From assembly GCA_951406725.2 (NCBI GenBank), contig OX597815.1, positions 21,018,001-21,082,000 of the forward strand: DNA of 64,000 bases. Reading direction: 5' to 3'. The notes under the pieces are model-generated. The model had not been told where the DNA came from and ran no database searches. It saw nothing but the letters and a program-made list of their open reading frames with translations. Shown here in pieces: positions 44,025 through 58,706 of the stretch (its first letter is position 1; each line of letters begins with the position of its first letter). The position numbers were made by a program, and so were the translations under genes. Source of the stretch: Octopus vulgaris. Its lineage: Eukaryota.

Positions 44025-44215
44025 CAAGCATGAAAACACAAAGAGAAAACACAACAACGCGAGGACGTGGAACAAGTACAGTATTATTGGACGCTCAGGA
44101 AAGAAGGAGGGTTTAACGGTTCGAGCGGAGCTCTTCGTCAGAAACAGGAAAAGGAAAGATCCAAAGAAGGGAAGACGGAGGGAAAAAAATCGCCAACAGT
44201 ACACACGCGGTCATA
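44025..44215 (-). mobile_element. Family H-related element (second subfamily)
   Basis: Same order of parts: pyrimidine-rich leader, hammerhead-like motif, ttcctgagcgt..taatac, then a T-rich tail. Confidence 0.65.
44111..44145 (-). ncRNA. Minimal type I hammerhead-like motif
   Basis: gttt-CTGACGA-A-gagc(tcc)gctc-GAAC-cg-TT-aaac. Canonical CUGANGA; A15.1 appears as C in this copy. Confidence 0.55.
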
Positions 44216-46869
44216 TGGTTATACAATACCTTTTACATTATTTATACATTGTTACCTGTTCAGTTCTCCTCCATACTTTGTTTCCATTGAAATTTCAGAA
44301 AAATTTCCAACATCATGTCCAGTTTAACTCATTCCTTTCAATCAGTTAACAATAATAAACTAGTGAAAATACTAAAATGTTCAAAGCAATGAACATCTAT
44401 TTAAAACAAATTAAACTATTCTTTGATAATATTAAATGGAAGCAGAAAAAGATAATGACGATAAGAGCAATAATATATTATGATGGTTACTTTTATTGTT
44501 ATTATTATTGTTGTTGCTCCTATCTTATTGTTTAGCATCAGGTTATCCTTGATGCATCTATCGGTTTCTCCTGCTGAGACCATTATATCTTTTATTCAGA
44601 TATAATTCAGATACAATTCATCTAGAATTACATTAGCGATTGTATTCTTAAGATAGTAGGGTACAGTTTGAGGGCAGTATTGAGGCTATTTCTAGCAGGT
44701 CGAACAACCGGGTAGAGGATCCTTTGTCGTATCGTTATCATATTGTTTTGTTATCTGAATATTAATCCTGATTAATATTCTTGCTGTGCCAAACGATTGG
44801 TGAGAAACTCATATCCGTTATTCTTGGAACTTTGTTGACTTCATGTCATGGTTTTTTCATCATTTGGCCAATGTTCTACTCTTGACCATCTTAACTTTCT
44901 TTTATGTATCAAAAATCTTTTATAAGACAAGTATTCTTTCATTCTTTTACTGATTTCATTCTTCAGATAATAATCATTCCAGAGCACTTCTATGTAGGGT
45001 ATAGTCGATCACAAAGACCTTAAGTATTCATTCTATCGACCTGGAAAGGATTAAAAGCAAAATATACTTGAGAGTTATATGAACTTACAAACGCAACCAC
45101 ACGTGTTTTTTTTTTTTTTGGCTTTTTTTTTCTTTGCGAGATGGGTGTTTATGTCCGACGCTCTACCGGTTTTGCCATCGCGCACCATTTATTTATATTT
45201 CGTAGAATCAGTATATTTAACCTTGACCAATGTTCGTAAATGCACACTTCTATTACTTTACTGAATTGTATTCATTATTGATCGAACCATTATTATACCA
45301 CGATGGAAAATGGATTTTTCTATAAATTATTCCATTTTGGACATTTTTTCCATTTTTTTTTTTCAAAGATGTTTTACGTTTTATCATTTATGGTTTATGG
45401 TTTATGTTTTCAAATGCTATCGCACGCGCTTTTTTTTCTCTCTAAAGAAATATACTTACAAATATTTATCACCGTTTCTTCGTTTTCGTCAGTTCTGCAA
45501 TTGGATCTAAAAGTATAAACTTGTAATACCTCGATATAAATACCAGAAATGAGCCAACAAATTTATCCCAAAAAACTTTTAGATATATGCATATATGTAT
45601 GTAGACAAATACTTGCGCTTTCTCATAAGTATATGTACACATACACACACACACACACGCAAGCATACACACACCCACACACACATCTCTCTAAGTGTGT
45701 TTATGCATGTAGACGTGACCAGAATATCTAATTAACAAAACAGTGGACTTCAGATAGTTAAAGTTACCTAAGAGCCATTTATAAAGATAAAAGAACAGAT
45801 TTTGTGTGTGTTTTTTTTAATCTTTTTTAATAAAAACTTTGCCAAGGTATCTATAAATATTTATTATCTGCTCTATTAGTTCCTGGATATACAATGAGTA
45901 ATAGTTGACAAAGAAAGTTTTTTTTTCAGATCACAAATACGGCCATCTTTCGTTACAACACTTTACATCAAAACTCTGACAGACTTTATCGTGTGATGAA
46001 TAGAGTGGATAGAACAGTTGTATAAACAAGATTGGTTAAGTTGCTGAAATCAAGAAGATTGGCTAAGCTCACGAACGGGTTAAGTTCCACAAATCAATCT
46101 AGTTTTACAGTTCAGTTGATATCAAAAGACTTCAGACATTCTTTCACATTTGTCTAAGAAACAAGCAAGCACATCAAACGATCAGTTGTATGGATCTGGA
46201 TCCTGATAGATCTCGCTGTCTTTTGTAGATATTTTAGCCTCTGGTCAACCCTGATTGAGCAGACCTATGATCAAAGGTATCTTAGCTGTGACCATCTCGT
46301 TATTTTAGGAATATATGGTACTACATTATCTAAAGTGTCCCTTCCTTTCTTTTTAACTGACAAAGATGCAGTCATTATTTCTAGCAGTTCGATGAACTCT
46401 TAACACGTTCCTTTATTGACTTTATTGACTTTATTGGCATTCTAATTTAATTTAGGTCTTCTGGGTTAGTTGATATATATATATATCATTGACATGTTTT
46501 AGTAGAAGAATCGGATCACGGCCCCTAATACATATAATTGAGCTTTAATAGCAGAGATGAGGAGGAGGAGGAGGAGGAGGAGAGTGAGAAGGAGTGGGAG
46601 GAGGAGGAGGAGGATAACTACAAAAACAATAAGAACAATAATAATAACAACAACAAGGCAGGGATTAACCATGAGTGTCGAACTTCCAGCATTAAATTCC
46701 GTCATTTTTTCCTTCTGGGCTCAAATTCCACCGAGGTTAACTCTGCCTTTCAACCAGAGTTGATAAAACATAATGTTAGTTAAGGTACTGAGATCGACTC
46801 AGTTGAGGTCCACCTCTTCCAAATTCAATGAAGCATGTACGAATATTTATTATTATCGTTATTATTATT

Positions 46870-47379
46870 GAGTGAGTGAGCAGTGCATGCCATCAAAGTG
46901 ATACAGGGGTAAAATATACGAAACCCAGTATACCCATCATGACTACCCGTCTGATAAGGGTACACCAGGCACATGCATCACAACCATATGTGCGCGACAT
47001 AGTGATGTCATATCAAGATAAAGAGCGCATGACCTTGCAGGTGGGGCCCCAGATAGAATAAGGGCTGTTTGAGGATGATGAACAAGACACCCATGTTTCC
47101 TAAGGTGAATTATCCAAATCCCAAAGAATTCCTCTCAACACATAACTATGATGCTTCTCCACTACTTCAGTTCGTGATCAGAAATGCACATATCGTCAGC
47201 CACTAAAAGACGTGCTCAACTGATGAAGATCAAGCAACTGACAGGCAAATCTGTGGTATTGAGCAGAATATTTGCTGTAGCCCATCTTTTACATCAAGAC
47301 AAAACAATGTACATAATAACACTTCCAATCAGTTAAGATCAGAAGTCATGAGAGCCACTGCTTGGTACTGCATCAGGGC

Positions 47380-47381
<2 letters not shown>
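46870..47381 (-). mobile_element. Family T element, second copy with internal deletion
   Basis: Colinear with 23422-23975 but lacks about 45 bp between gaat direct repeats near 47055. Confidence 0.85.
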
Positions 47382-47430
<49 letters not shown>

Positions 47431-47580
47431 CATCATCATCATTATCATTATTATTATCATTATTATTATTGTTGTTGTTGATGGTGTTGTTATTTGTGCG
47501 TACATATATGTATATATATGTATATATATATATATATAGAGAGAGAGGGGGATAGATAGATAGATAGAGAGAGAGAGATG

Positions 47581-47685
<105 letters not shown>

Positions 47686-50600
47686 ACACACACACATGCT
47701 TTCATATTTTCATTGTACTTGAATCATTCGATAAGATGATTGAAGTTACCTTTTCAAAGGCCTAAATTATATTTTAAAATTATTTACTACTTTTAAGTAG
47801 TTGTTTTAATTCATTATTGATTATCATCATGCATTATTCACTATTGATTTAATAATTCCAATAGTTTTCAATTCAGGCGTGTATTTTATTGCACACTTCA
47901 TAATTTCAAACTTCTCCGCAAGAAGAATATTTTCCAAGAACGTCATTTAATGACATCAATAAAGATATTAAATTTTTGAAACTCAAGAATTTTATATTTT
48001 GCATACGCGTCGTTTATTCAGTTAGAGAGTGAGTGAAAAATTAAAGCCGACAGGGAAATTAATGGGGTTTCTTTGATTTGGCAACAAAACAAATTCATTC
48101 TCATCATCTTATCACACAGTAGCAAGTGTCATATTTGGGTTCACTTCTTTCAGTAAAAATATTTTTTCAATTTTAATTTTAGTGAAATGTTTTGCAAAGT
48201 ATAGAGATAAAAAAAAAAAAAGGCAACCAAAATAGGGACGCGCTGTTTCGACAATAAATTCCTATATAAATTGCATTCTCAAGTCTTGAACTGATCAATT
48301 TTATACAAACACCGAATTCTTCTTTTGATGCTAACAAAGAATATTTTCATTTTTTTTTTCTGTTGAAATTTAACTCATTTTTTTTCTTGCAACATTAGCA
48401 ACAAATGGATTAAATCTATATGTTTATAACAGCTAGGTGAATTCTAAAATAATTTTTTATGTGAATTTCAGATATAGAATAAGTGACTTCACAAAAAATC
48501 CAAAATGTGCGCTTGGTGACACCTGAAACTATTGTGACGGCAATAACAAAACACTCTTAAATAAGCAATGCATTACTTCTCTAATCGTTAATTACTTCCG
48601 ATCACTGGATGTGGTGACGTGACGGAAATGTTCCATAACTTCTCGACTTCATAGATTAAAGTAGGAGTTGAATGAGCATTCAGACGGTATTCAGACGGTG
48701 AGTTTAGAAAAAAGTGCATCAACCAAGTTTGATATGGAGATAGCAATTAGTTCTTCAAATGTTTTGTAGCCACTACATCCTTGACAAAGAGTACTAGAGT
48801 GGTACAAATATTAAGTAAACCAGTAAGATCATCAATAACGTAAGGACAAGGCCCTCACCGATATCGAATTCCTGCAGAGACACTGTCACTCATGACACGG
48901 ATGCATGCACAGAGCCCACTCAACAAAATTTTATTTTTAAGTCAAATTGGACTCAGATGCTAAATGTCAATAACCGTGTTGTCAAAATCCTGATTGAAGT
49001 ATTTAGTGCAAAAGTAGAGACCGACAATGTGCCGAAGATAATTATTACTAACTAATATGGAAGATAAATTCATAATTTACACCATTTTGCACAACTCAAG
49101 TAACCACAAACATGATGTGTAGTCGCAAACAACTGAGTTTTAAAATGATCATTGTAAAAGTTTATGAATGTGTAGAGACACCGCTAACATCATAGTAACA
49201 GTATTTTTCCATGCAGCAGTGTCTTGTGGTGAACCTGTACTTATCTCCTCCTGACTCCCTATCGTTCTTACTACCGTCGCATTTTACTTTTAATTCATAC
49301 AATGATTTCCAGTGTCTCTGAAAATAACCAATGAAAGAAATGACTTGACAAACATTATGGTTAGACTATAATTCAAAAACGTAGTCTTCGGCAACGATTT
49401 AATGCGAACAGAAAATATTACTGATTGTAAAATGAGAAAGCCCATAACCATCTTAAAGATTTCTACCCTTGATTATAAAGATATCTGGGTGAGGCTGGTT
49501 CGGTTTTTGTAGCTTAATAATTGGTACCCCAGAGTGTCTAACAAAACAATAAATTGGATATAAATGACTATAAATTCATACATGCGCATATGTTGCAGTA
49601 GATGATTGTTTCACTAAGGTGAACCCAAATATTACTTTCTTTCTTTTTTATTTATCCGAACTCGACAATATAAAGAATTCTTACATTCACCTTTGATTCA
49701 TTAAGTAATTAGCAGCTATCTTCTGTTCTTAGATGATAAAGATATATGTTTCTATATGTTTGTAATTAATCAATTATTATAAATTGGATGAGATAGTATT
49801 ATCCTTATTTATAAGGTCGGAATCTTCTTACTCACGGAATACCTGTGTTCCTCCTTTAGGCTTCAGTTCAGGTAAATCAACCCTTCTGACAAGGAAGTTA
49901 CTACAAATAATTCCTTATTTACAATTATCAGCATTCAATATATAATTCATAACATGTAGTGCTATGCTTTCACTTTATAAAGACATTTGCACATATTGCT
50001 TGAGTCGATAACGGGTAACGCATAGACAGACTGGATTATTTATTGGTGAGTATTTAGAAGCGGTTATCTCTTTAGTGAGCGGTGAAGCCATATCTTTTAC
50101 ATTGGTGTTTTATCCCAGAAGCTTTTGTGATAAAAATATTTTTGCATAAGTACCCATGGTTATTTCATCCCTAAAATTCTACCTTAAGTTTCCGTCAGAA
50201 GTCATCATATTCTGAATATAACCAATGCTATTTCAAATCTATCATCAGAAAATATTTTCTTCGTGTTTATTTTTTTGTTTCATTCGTATTCAAATGATAT
50301 CAGGATGATATTATGTGGCATTCAGACGTTATCTGGACTGATCTTATTCCTGTGCTATTTCTTGATATTGTCTGACTTTGTTGCTTTTTATGTGTGTTTG
50401 CATGCAAGTGCTTATGTATTCATATATGTCTGTATTTGTATGTACGTCTAAGTAAATGCATGCATTATATATGTTAATACTATTTTGTGTAAAATGTACG
50501 TTTTCTGCAAAACATCTTAGATTTCCTCAGATCATTAACTATGTGATTTTATTTCAGAAAACGTTCCGAAACACCTATATTTCAGTTGCCAACTGTTATT

Positions 50601-53600
50601 GAAAATATCATTGATCCAAAGGAGATGTAAATGTAATGAAAAGGTAACACACCGAGTAAAACTGATTCAATGATTTTCATTTGCTTTACCGTCTAGTTTT
50701 ATATCTACACCCAAAAGCCTTCAAAGTTTGATCTTCTTGGTATTCATATTCTATTCCTGCGAATTGCAGATTAAAATATATAAATAATATTGCTATTCAA
50801 TAATAAATAATATTGCTATTCAAAAATAGAAACGTTTATATTATGAATAAAACGTGTAGAGTTTATTTTAAATAAATCTCAGTATCTCTATTCCATAGAG
50901 TTGTCTGCTTTATTTTGCTTCATTGCACATTGAACAGAGAGCTATTTTTACTTCTGTTACTGGGGAATTTAAAATTTTAATTTTCTAATATGTCCTGCAC
51001 TCGAATTAATTCTTGATCATTGAAAGATAATAAAGAGAGGCGAATTGCCAGAGCTGTCAGTTTCGGATAGAACAGCTTGCGATATTTGGGCTTTGAGCTC
51101 AAATCCTTTCGATGTCAATAAACTAAAAACCCGTCCAAAGCAAAGAATTGGTTTGTAGCAGCATCAGGTGGGATATCTTGTGATACCTGTCCGGCTCTTT
51201 ACTTCCTGACAGTAGCACCTGTGAAGACACTGGTGCCAAACTGTACCGGATTCTTGCTTTTCGCTTGGACAACATCGATGGCGTTGAAACGAGACATTTC
51301 AAGCATGGGGGATTGCCTACGCCTTGAAGAGAAGCTTTTCCAGGCGCAGATGTATAATCTTGCGAGACATGCAGGGCCCATGGAGTGTCCAAGTTCATGC
51401 CGTATTATTTCCTTCTATGTCATAGATATTCCTAATATAGGCTCTGGCCATCCTCTTCAATACTTCTTTTATACTCCCGTGGAAATCTGAGTTTTGCAAT
51501 GTATCGCATTAAACTGAACTTAAATACACCAATTTATCGCAATAAAAGGTATTCGATTACGTCCACTCATCCGACGAGCGACATTTTTTTCCGATTAACT
51601 CTCTCCTGCATTTAACAACCTCTGTCTTCTCTAACATTGCAAAATGCTTGAGAAACTTTACTCCTCCTCTCATTTTCCTACTTAAATATCTTATGAAGAC
51701 CAACGTTCTCACCATACACAGTAGAAATGTAGTCCTCGTAGACAGTGATGCACCTAAATGCATATAGTAAGAAGATATATTACCTAATCCATTTAGACCA
51801 TTAATGCAAAACGCTTAAACAAATTCATGACAATGTGTATCAGAGATGCAACTGTAATAATAGATTTAATTCGAAGTTTATAGAGCAAGTTGGGTATAAT
51901 AATAAAAGTGTTATTAGAACGTCAAATAAAACTAATCTTATTAGAATGAAAATTTAAAAGTCTCTGATGTCTGATGTTTGACTGGTAAGAACTCGATGAA
52001 CAGTCAGTCGTTATTGTTGATAAAAGTGTTTGTTTTAAGTTTTAAATGGTTTGATGACATTTCCTATTAATATCCTACGCAAAGGACTTATGCAGCATCT
52101 TCCATCTTTGCCTCTTACATTATTGATATTGCAATGATTACACATTCTTACAATCCACAGTAAACTAATGTAATTGCTCAAACATTTAAAAAATATTTAC
52201 TGTGAAATTTTACTCTATCAATGTATTTTATGCAGTCATCTTTTTGCTATTTTTCTTTACACTTTATATGGCCTTTCTCGATAGTTATTTGAAAAATGAT
52301 TTATTTATTTACTTAATGTTTCGGTTCAACGGAGGAAGTAAATGAGAATGTTTTTATTACTTCGGTTAGAAAACTTCATTCAATTCAACGTTATTCGTAC
52401 ATTCGGATCAGTTCGTAATGCCAAGTTGAGAAGAATTCTTTTCTCATCACGGTGAAAGATCTTATCCAAATTTACCAACTTCATTAAATAAATTTTGTCG
52501 ATCTGAGCTGCCACTAGTTACTTAAGATTCTGAATTTTTTAAGATTTGATGCAAGCGAGTGGGATCTTTTGTTTTTTTTTTTGTTATTTTATTTTTCGGC
52601 AAAAGAAAATTGTTTATTTATATTCTTCTTGTAATCATCCATAAAACGTTTTACCCTCTTTAGCGTTTCGTTACATATTTTCTGTGCCTTGGAGGATATA
52701 ATTTCTGGGAATAGTATTTTTGCATATCGCCAGATTTAACGAGACCCTGCTGGAATTGAAGAGTCAGGGATTAGATTATTTACGAATTCTGAACAAAATC
52801 AATTAGTTAATTACAGGAATACTTTGGTGCAGGTGAATTGTAAAGTCTGGTAGTTCTCTGGAAAACATTTGCTGAAGACCTAAAATAATATTTTGGAGAT
52901 TGTTGGATACAATCTAAACCCCCACATAGTTTAGTTAATAGGAATCATAAATTTTAGCTTTAAAAACATCTTTTATATGTATGCTGTGTGTGAGTGTGTT
53001 TGTGGGTATATATGTGCTAGTTATGTCCGTTTTTGTGTGTATGTTTATGAGAATATGTGCATGTGCGCATGCGTTTGTGTGCATATTTATCTGTATATGA
53101 TTTTGTACAGTTGTAAGCTTGCAGGCGTGTATGTGTGTAAGCATGAGTGCATGAATTTGCGAGTGAAACTATATGTGTAAGAGTATGTATAGATGTGTGT
53201 GTATATATATGAATGTGCGCATATATATGTGAGTACTCTGGTCTGTAATTTTTAACTTTCAGCGAACCATTTCAATATGTAGACAGTGAAAAAGAACTCA
53301 AAAACCTTCGTGCTTTGCTAATATATAGAAGTATTTTCTAATTTCAGACACAAAATATTTGCTATTCCACCATTTTGGTCATGAAATTATTAGCATTATT
53401 TATTACTCGACATATTTTATCTATTAAGTATATATAATTATTTTCTCGGCGAATAATCATTAAATGTCTTATTGAATCGTTTTCTATTTTTCATTAATCT
53501 TCACAAAACGCACTTCTGAAACTAAATTCTATAGTTATTACTGCCACTGTAAAAGAATAGTTTCTTAGGATTTAATCAGTTTTTCTTTTTTTTTTTCTGC

Positions 53601-54049
53601 CAATTTTTATCATTCTTAAAATATTTCCTGCTTTATTTTCTTTCAAAGTTATTTCACGTTATTTCTATGTACGAATGTTTGAGATTGCTTTAGCAAACAG
53701 AATTTTCATGGTTTGCGGCTACGAAATCTTTACTATTCTTCTAGTGCAATCCTAAAATAATGTCTAAAACTGTAGATAAAACCTTCCCATGTCTATATCT
53801 CCTGTTGCACCCAACCACCTCATCCCCTCCCCGTCTATGTTTTTTTTTTTCATTTTTTCCTGCATACATAAACCCGCAGATACCATGTTGTCATAAGTTG
53901 CTTCAATGCTCAATGTCACTAGTCTTAGGGCATCGGCAACGGTTGTATTCTCCGTTCCCCCTTCCCTAGCTTAAAGATTTAATCCTAAAATCGTTAACAT
54001 AACAGTAGTTCAATTGGGTTACAGGAGTTATGGTTTTAATATTAATCAA

Positions 54050-54245
54050 AGGCAAAGCTAACAGAATCGTTAGCACGTCCGACAAAATTATTAGCGGTAT
54101 TTCGTCCGTCTTTACGTTCTGAGCGCTAATTCTGCCGAGGTTGACTTTACCTTTCATCTTTTGGGGTCGATAAAATGAGGTCGAGGTAATCGACTTATCC
54201 CCTCCCTCGAACTTACTGGTCTAGTGCCAATTTGAAACCAATATT
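54050..54245 (+). mobile_element. Family M SINE
   Basis: cagaatcgttagcacg...cggtatttcgtccgtc...gccgaggttgactttacctttcatcttttggggtcgataaaatgag. Confidence 0.8.
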
Positions 54246-56350
54246 AATCAAAGGTCATTAGGATAGTGGATTGGCAGAAATGGTAGTGCGGGGGACAAAA
54301 TATCTTACGAGTATTTAGCTTTGTCTGTTTACTTCTGAGTTCCAATCCAGCAGAGATTACCGTCCTTAAATTCGATAAATTACATACCAGTGAAGTACTG
54401 CGACAGATATATTTGCCTGTTGCCTCGCCACATCCCACAGGTATCGTATCTATTTTTGAAATCATAGATCAGTTGGTGTTTGCGGAAAACGTATGGCGCC
54501 GGTCTGCTTTGCGTGTTTTAACTACATTTTTTTAACGCTCTAAGTTCAAAATCTTCTTTAAGCTCACCCAGAGTTGATAATTAAACATCATTAAAGAAAA
54601 AAAAAACAGCTTTATGGATTATTCCTCATTAAAAGAAATCGTAAATCACATATCGTTGATAGAGCTTGCATTAAACTATGTTATTACACAAGCAGCAGAG
54701 GGAAAGCTATCTCCTTCAAATAACATCATATTGTCTTTAGAAATATAATACATTAGCTTATATAGTTTGGAGTACATTGAACTTAAACAAAAAGATGAAG
54801 TGATCACAGCTATAATCACCAAGATGTTAGAACCAGTAACAACATTCCATTACAATACCTTAATCAGCACCTGAAACCTTGGCCTATTTTTAACTCTGAA
54901 GGAGAATAACTAGGTCAAATATAAAATTGTACTTTTACTTACAATCATATTTTATTTACTTTTTAAATTCATTGTCAAATGAAAGCAAATTCTGGGTTTA
55001 GTCTAATCCCTTAATTATGACAGCTGCTGTCAAACGATTTAAAAAGAACATAAAATGTTAACCAAGTCAGTATTTGACCTGAGCACTATTTGGTGATAGC
55101 TTAACAGCTTCGTCGGAGTAGTGAACAAAATTCTTGGAAGATCTCGACGAGATCAACTTTAATTTTCATTCTTGGTGTATAGGTAAAATAAAGCGCAGGT
55201 CACGTTGTTGAGGGGTCGATTTTGTGGACGGACTCTGGTGTCTCTTCTTCAAGCATAAATCTACGACTGACAATCCTGAACAAATCTGGCGTTCCGCTTT
55301 AAGGACAGAAGAGGATGTAAACCTTATCAATCACAGCAAGCTCTAGCATTTATTAGTTTTAGAAACCATGATGATGGCACATTGCCACAAAAATATGGAT
55401 ATGTGTCAGATTTGACATCGCACTTGACGCAATCCGAAAGAAGAACAACAAAAAGAAATTATTATTCCTGTGAAATTATTTTATAAGCAAATTAATATTC
55501 ATTTTTATCTTAGTCATGAGATTTCACTTTCAGGGTAAGTCATAGTCGAGTAAATGATTTCAGTACTCGTTTATACCAGATTTATTTCATCGGTGGAAAA
55601 TAAAGTCCGCTACGAAGGGATTTAAACTCAAGATGCAGAGTGATGTGGCTAAATATCTCAAATCATTAATCTGCTGTTCTATCGTTTTTGCCACTTACTG
55701 TCCAAGTAGGCGAATGTATCTATCTACATCACGATCGGTTGTGTCAAAGAAGCTATGAAAGAGTGTTCTCATCACAGCCTCACTGATACTTTGTGGAACT
55801 CGCTAAGATGTAAGGCATCCATGTGAAACACATAACATTAAGAAAATGTAGGCATAATGAGAACCTCTGGTGGCACGTTCTGCTATAAATAACAGTCAAA
55901 TGTTCACCAAAGTATACCAAACTGTCTTAAAACATAAGCATATTGGATAGCGTAACCATCAGGATAGTCACGGGTTTCCATCATAGATCTACCTAACCAG
56001 AATTGACTTGGAGTTATACAATAAAAACAATACAACATACTATTGATTATTAGCATTGGTCATTAGTAAATGGTCACCAACTGGGAAGAAGGACACGAAC
56101 GATTATATATACCCTTCAGTACTTGATTAATACTTTATCACTTGGTTAATACTTTATTTCAACTCTAGATGAATACAAGGCATGGCTGAAGGATTTGAAA
56201 TCAGAATGTAAAAGGTCACAACAAAAAATCCTTTCTATGACTTGCTATAAATTCTGCCATTGGTGACACTATAATACACTGAATGAACTGAAATATTTTC
56301 CACTTACAACTTATTTTTACTCATTCACGAGTGCAACCTAAACACGCGGA

Positions 56351-56773
56351 ATACCTATTTCTTTACTACCCACAAGGGGCTAAACACAGAGAAGACAAAC
56401 AAGGACAGACAAACGGATTAAGTCGATTATATCGACCCCAGTGCGTAAATGGTACTTAATTTATTGACCCCGAAAGGATGAAAGGCAAAGTTGATCTCGG
56501 CGGAATTTGAACTCAGAACGTAAAAACAGGCGAAATACCTATTTCTTTATTACCCACAAGGGGCTAAACACAGAAGGGACAAACAAGGACAGACATAGGT
56601 ATTAAGTCGATTACATCGACTCCAGTGCGTAACTGGTACTTAATTTATCGACCCCCGAAAGGATGAAAGGCAAAGTCGACCTCGACGGAATTTGAACTCA
56701 GAACGTAAAGACAGGCGAAATACCGCAAAGCATTTCACCCGACGTGCTAACGTTTCTGCCAGCTCGCCGCCTT
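56351..56773 (-). mobile_element. Tandem dimer of family M SINE
   Basis: Full copy at 56535-56773 plus a second unit at 56351-56538 lacking the 5' ~50 nt. Confidence 0.88.
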
Positions 56774-57552
56774 ACAGTGGAATACCATTTCTAAATGCTG
56801 TTCACTATACAACATTGACGATGAGTATTTCCTGTTCTTATCTAAATATTTCATTCGTTCGAAAAGCAAAAAAAAAAACAAAAAAAACAACAGCAACACA
56901 ACAATGGGTATCTATGTTGAGTGACTACAAGTATAATATAGGATGTAGAAAGATAGATACCAGAGGGCGTAATTGTTTTAATCTCCATCAAAATCAGCTG
57001 TCGACTAACGGCTTAGTGACAACTAATCTTTAAGAAACGAAGCACCTGGAAGCTTTCATTTACGCTGACCATTCAGGTGAGTTTAAAACTCACGACGTAG
57101 ACAGAAAGCGAAAAAGAAGTAAAGAAAATAAATTGTTACCTCGGGAAAAAAAATGTAGAATAATGGATCAACCTATATTCATATAAGATAAACCACGCAG
57201 TGAGGTTTAAAAAAAAAAAAAAACGGAGTAGATAAATCTGTATTATGGATGCCCTTTTTAAAGGATTAGGAGAAAAAAAAATAGCTTTAACTCGCTTCTT
57301 GAAAGACTGTTTTCTCCCTGTTCTCATATATGCTCTTAACACATACAACGGAGGATTCAGATGCAATGGAGATTCAGAAAGACAATTATAAATAAATATA
57401 TGAAAAGAGAAAAATTAGTTCCAAATGGAGATATGTGTGTGTGTGTGTGTCTGTGTACAAATGCATATACATATTGTAACATACATATATGGAGAGATAG
57501 ATATACACTCACATTCACTCACGCACACACACGTACACACATACATATATAA

Positions 57553-57598
<46 letters not shown>

Positions 57599-57743
57599 AA
57601 ATGCATATACATATTGTATGTAGAGATTGTAGGGATAGATATACACTTATATACATACACTTACACACACACACACGTACACACATACATACATACATAC
57701 ATGCACACACATACACACACACTCACACACGTGCACACACACA

Positions 57744-57819
<76 letters not shown>

Positions 57820-58294
57820 GGAATAGATCAAATTATGGATATATTGAAGACAAAATTCATCTTAAGACAAGATTACCTCTGACATATATACGCAGACACA
57901 GGTAAATACACACACATACACAATCATACGCGCACACATAGGCATATGTATATATTAATATTTAAACAAATATATATAATGTATATATCTATATATATAT
58001 CTATATATGTGTGCATGTATGTATATACATATGTATGAGTATATGTGTGTGTGTGTGCTTTTATGTAAACATATATATACACTTACACACACATATATTT
58101 CTGTGCGGGTGTTTGTGTGGGTGTATGTCGGTGTGTGAGTACATTTTATTCGTGAGTATGTTTCTGTATATGCGTTGCTTCTTTTAGTTTTTCGCCGAAG
58201 TAGAGTATTTTGTCTGATGATCCGAGTAGCGACTGAATATTATTTTTACCCCCTTGTTTGATACATACGTAAACACACCCGTAAATATCTACAA

Positions 58295-58339
<45 letters not shown>

Positions 58340-58344
58340 CACTT

Positions 58345-58515
58345 TTATACTCTCGGCACAAGGCCCGAAATTTTGGGGGAGGGCACCAGTCGATTAGATC
58401 TGCTCCAGTACACAACTGGTACTTAATTTATCAACCCCGAAAGTATGAAAGGCGATGTCGACCTCCTCGACGAAATACCGCTAACCATTTCGGCCGCCGT
58501 GCTAGTGACTCCCTT
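58345..58515 (-). mobile_element. Family M SINE with internal deletion
   Basis: ggcacaaggcccgaaattttggggga...actggtacttaatttatcaaccccgaaagtatgaaaggc...gaaataccgctaa. Confidence 0.75.
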
Positions 58516-58674
58516 ATTCGGAACCACCACAATCGTTTCGATTCATCATGCACCCGTACCTTACAGGTGAGATACTGTACAATCAATTGTCGTGCATTAT
58601 AGGTGCAGATGCATATCCTCAGGTGACTTTTCAAAAAAGCACCAACGCATTCATACATATGCAATACATACATA

Positions 58675-58706
<32 letters not shown>

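Noticed and set aside
50781-50823. Local tandem duplication taaataatattgctattcaa
   Set aside because: Ordinary slippage duplication; similar trivial cases at 46411-46437 and 57455-57650.
51199-51415. HELGHSMG metzincin-like motif on the minus strand
   Set aside because: The third zinc-binding His is absent, an in-frame stop lies a few codons upstream, and there is no convincing acceptor. Probably chance or a decayed element.
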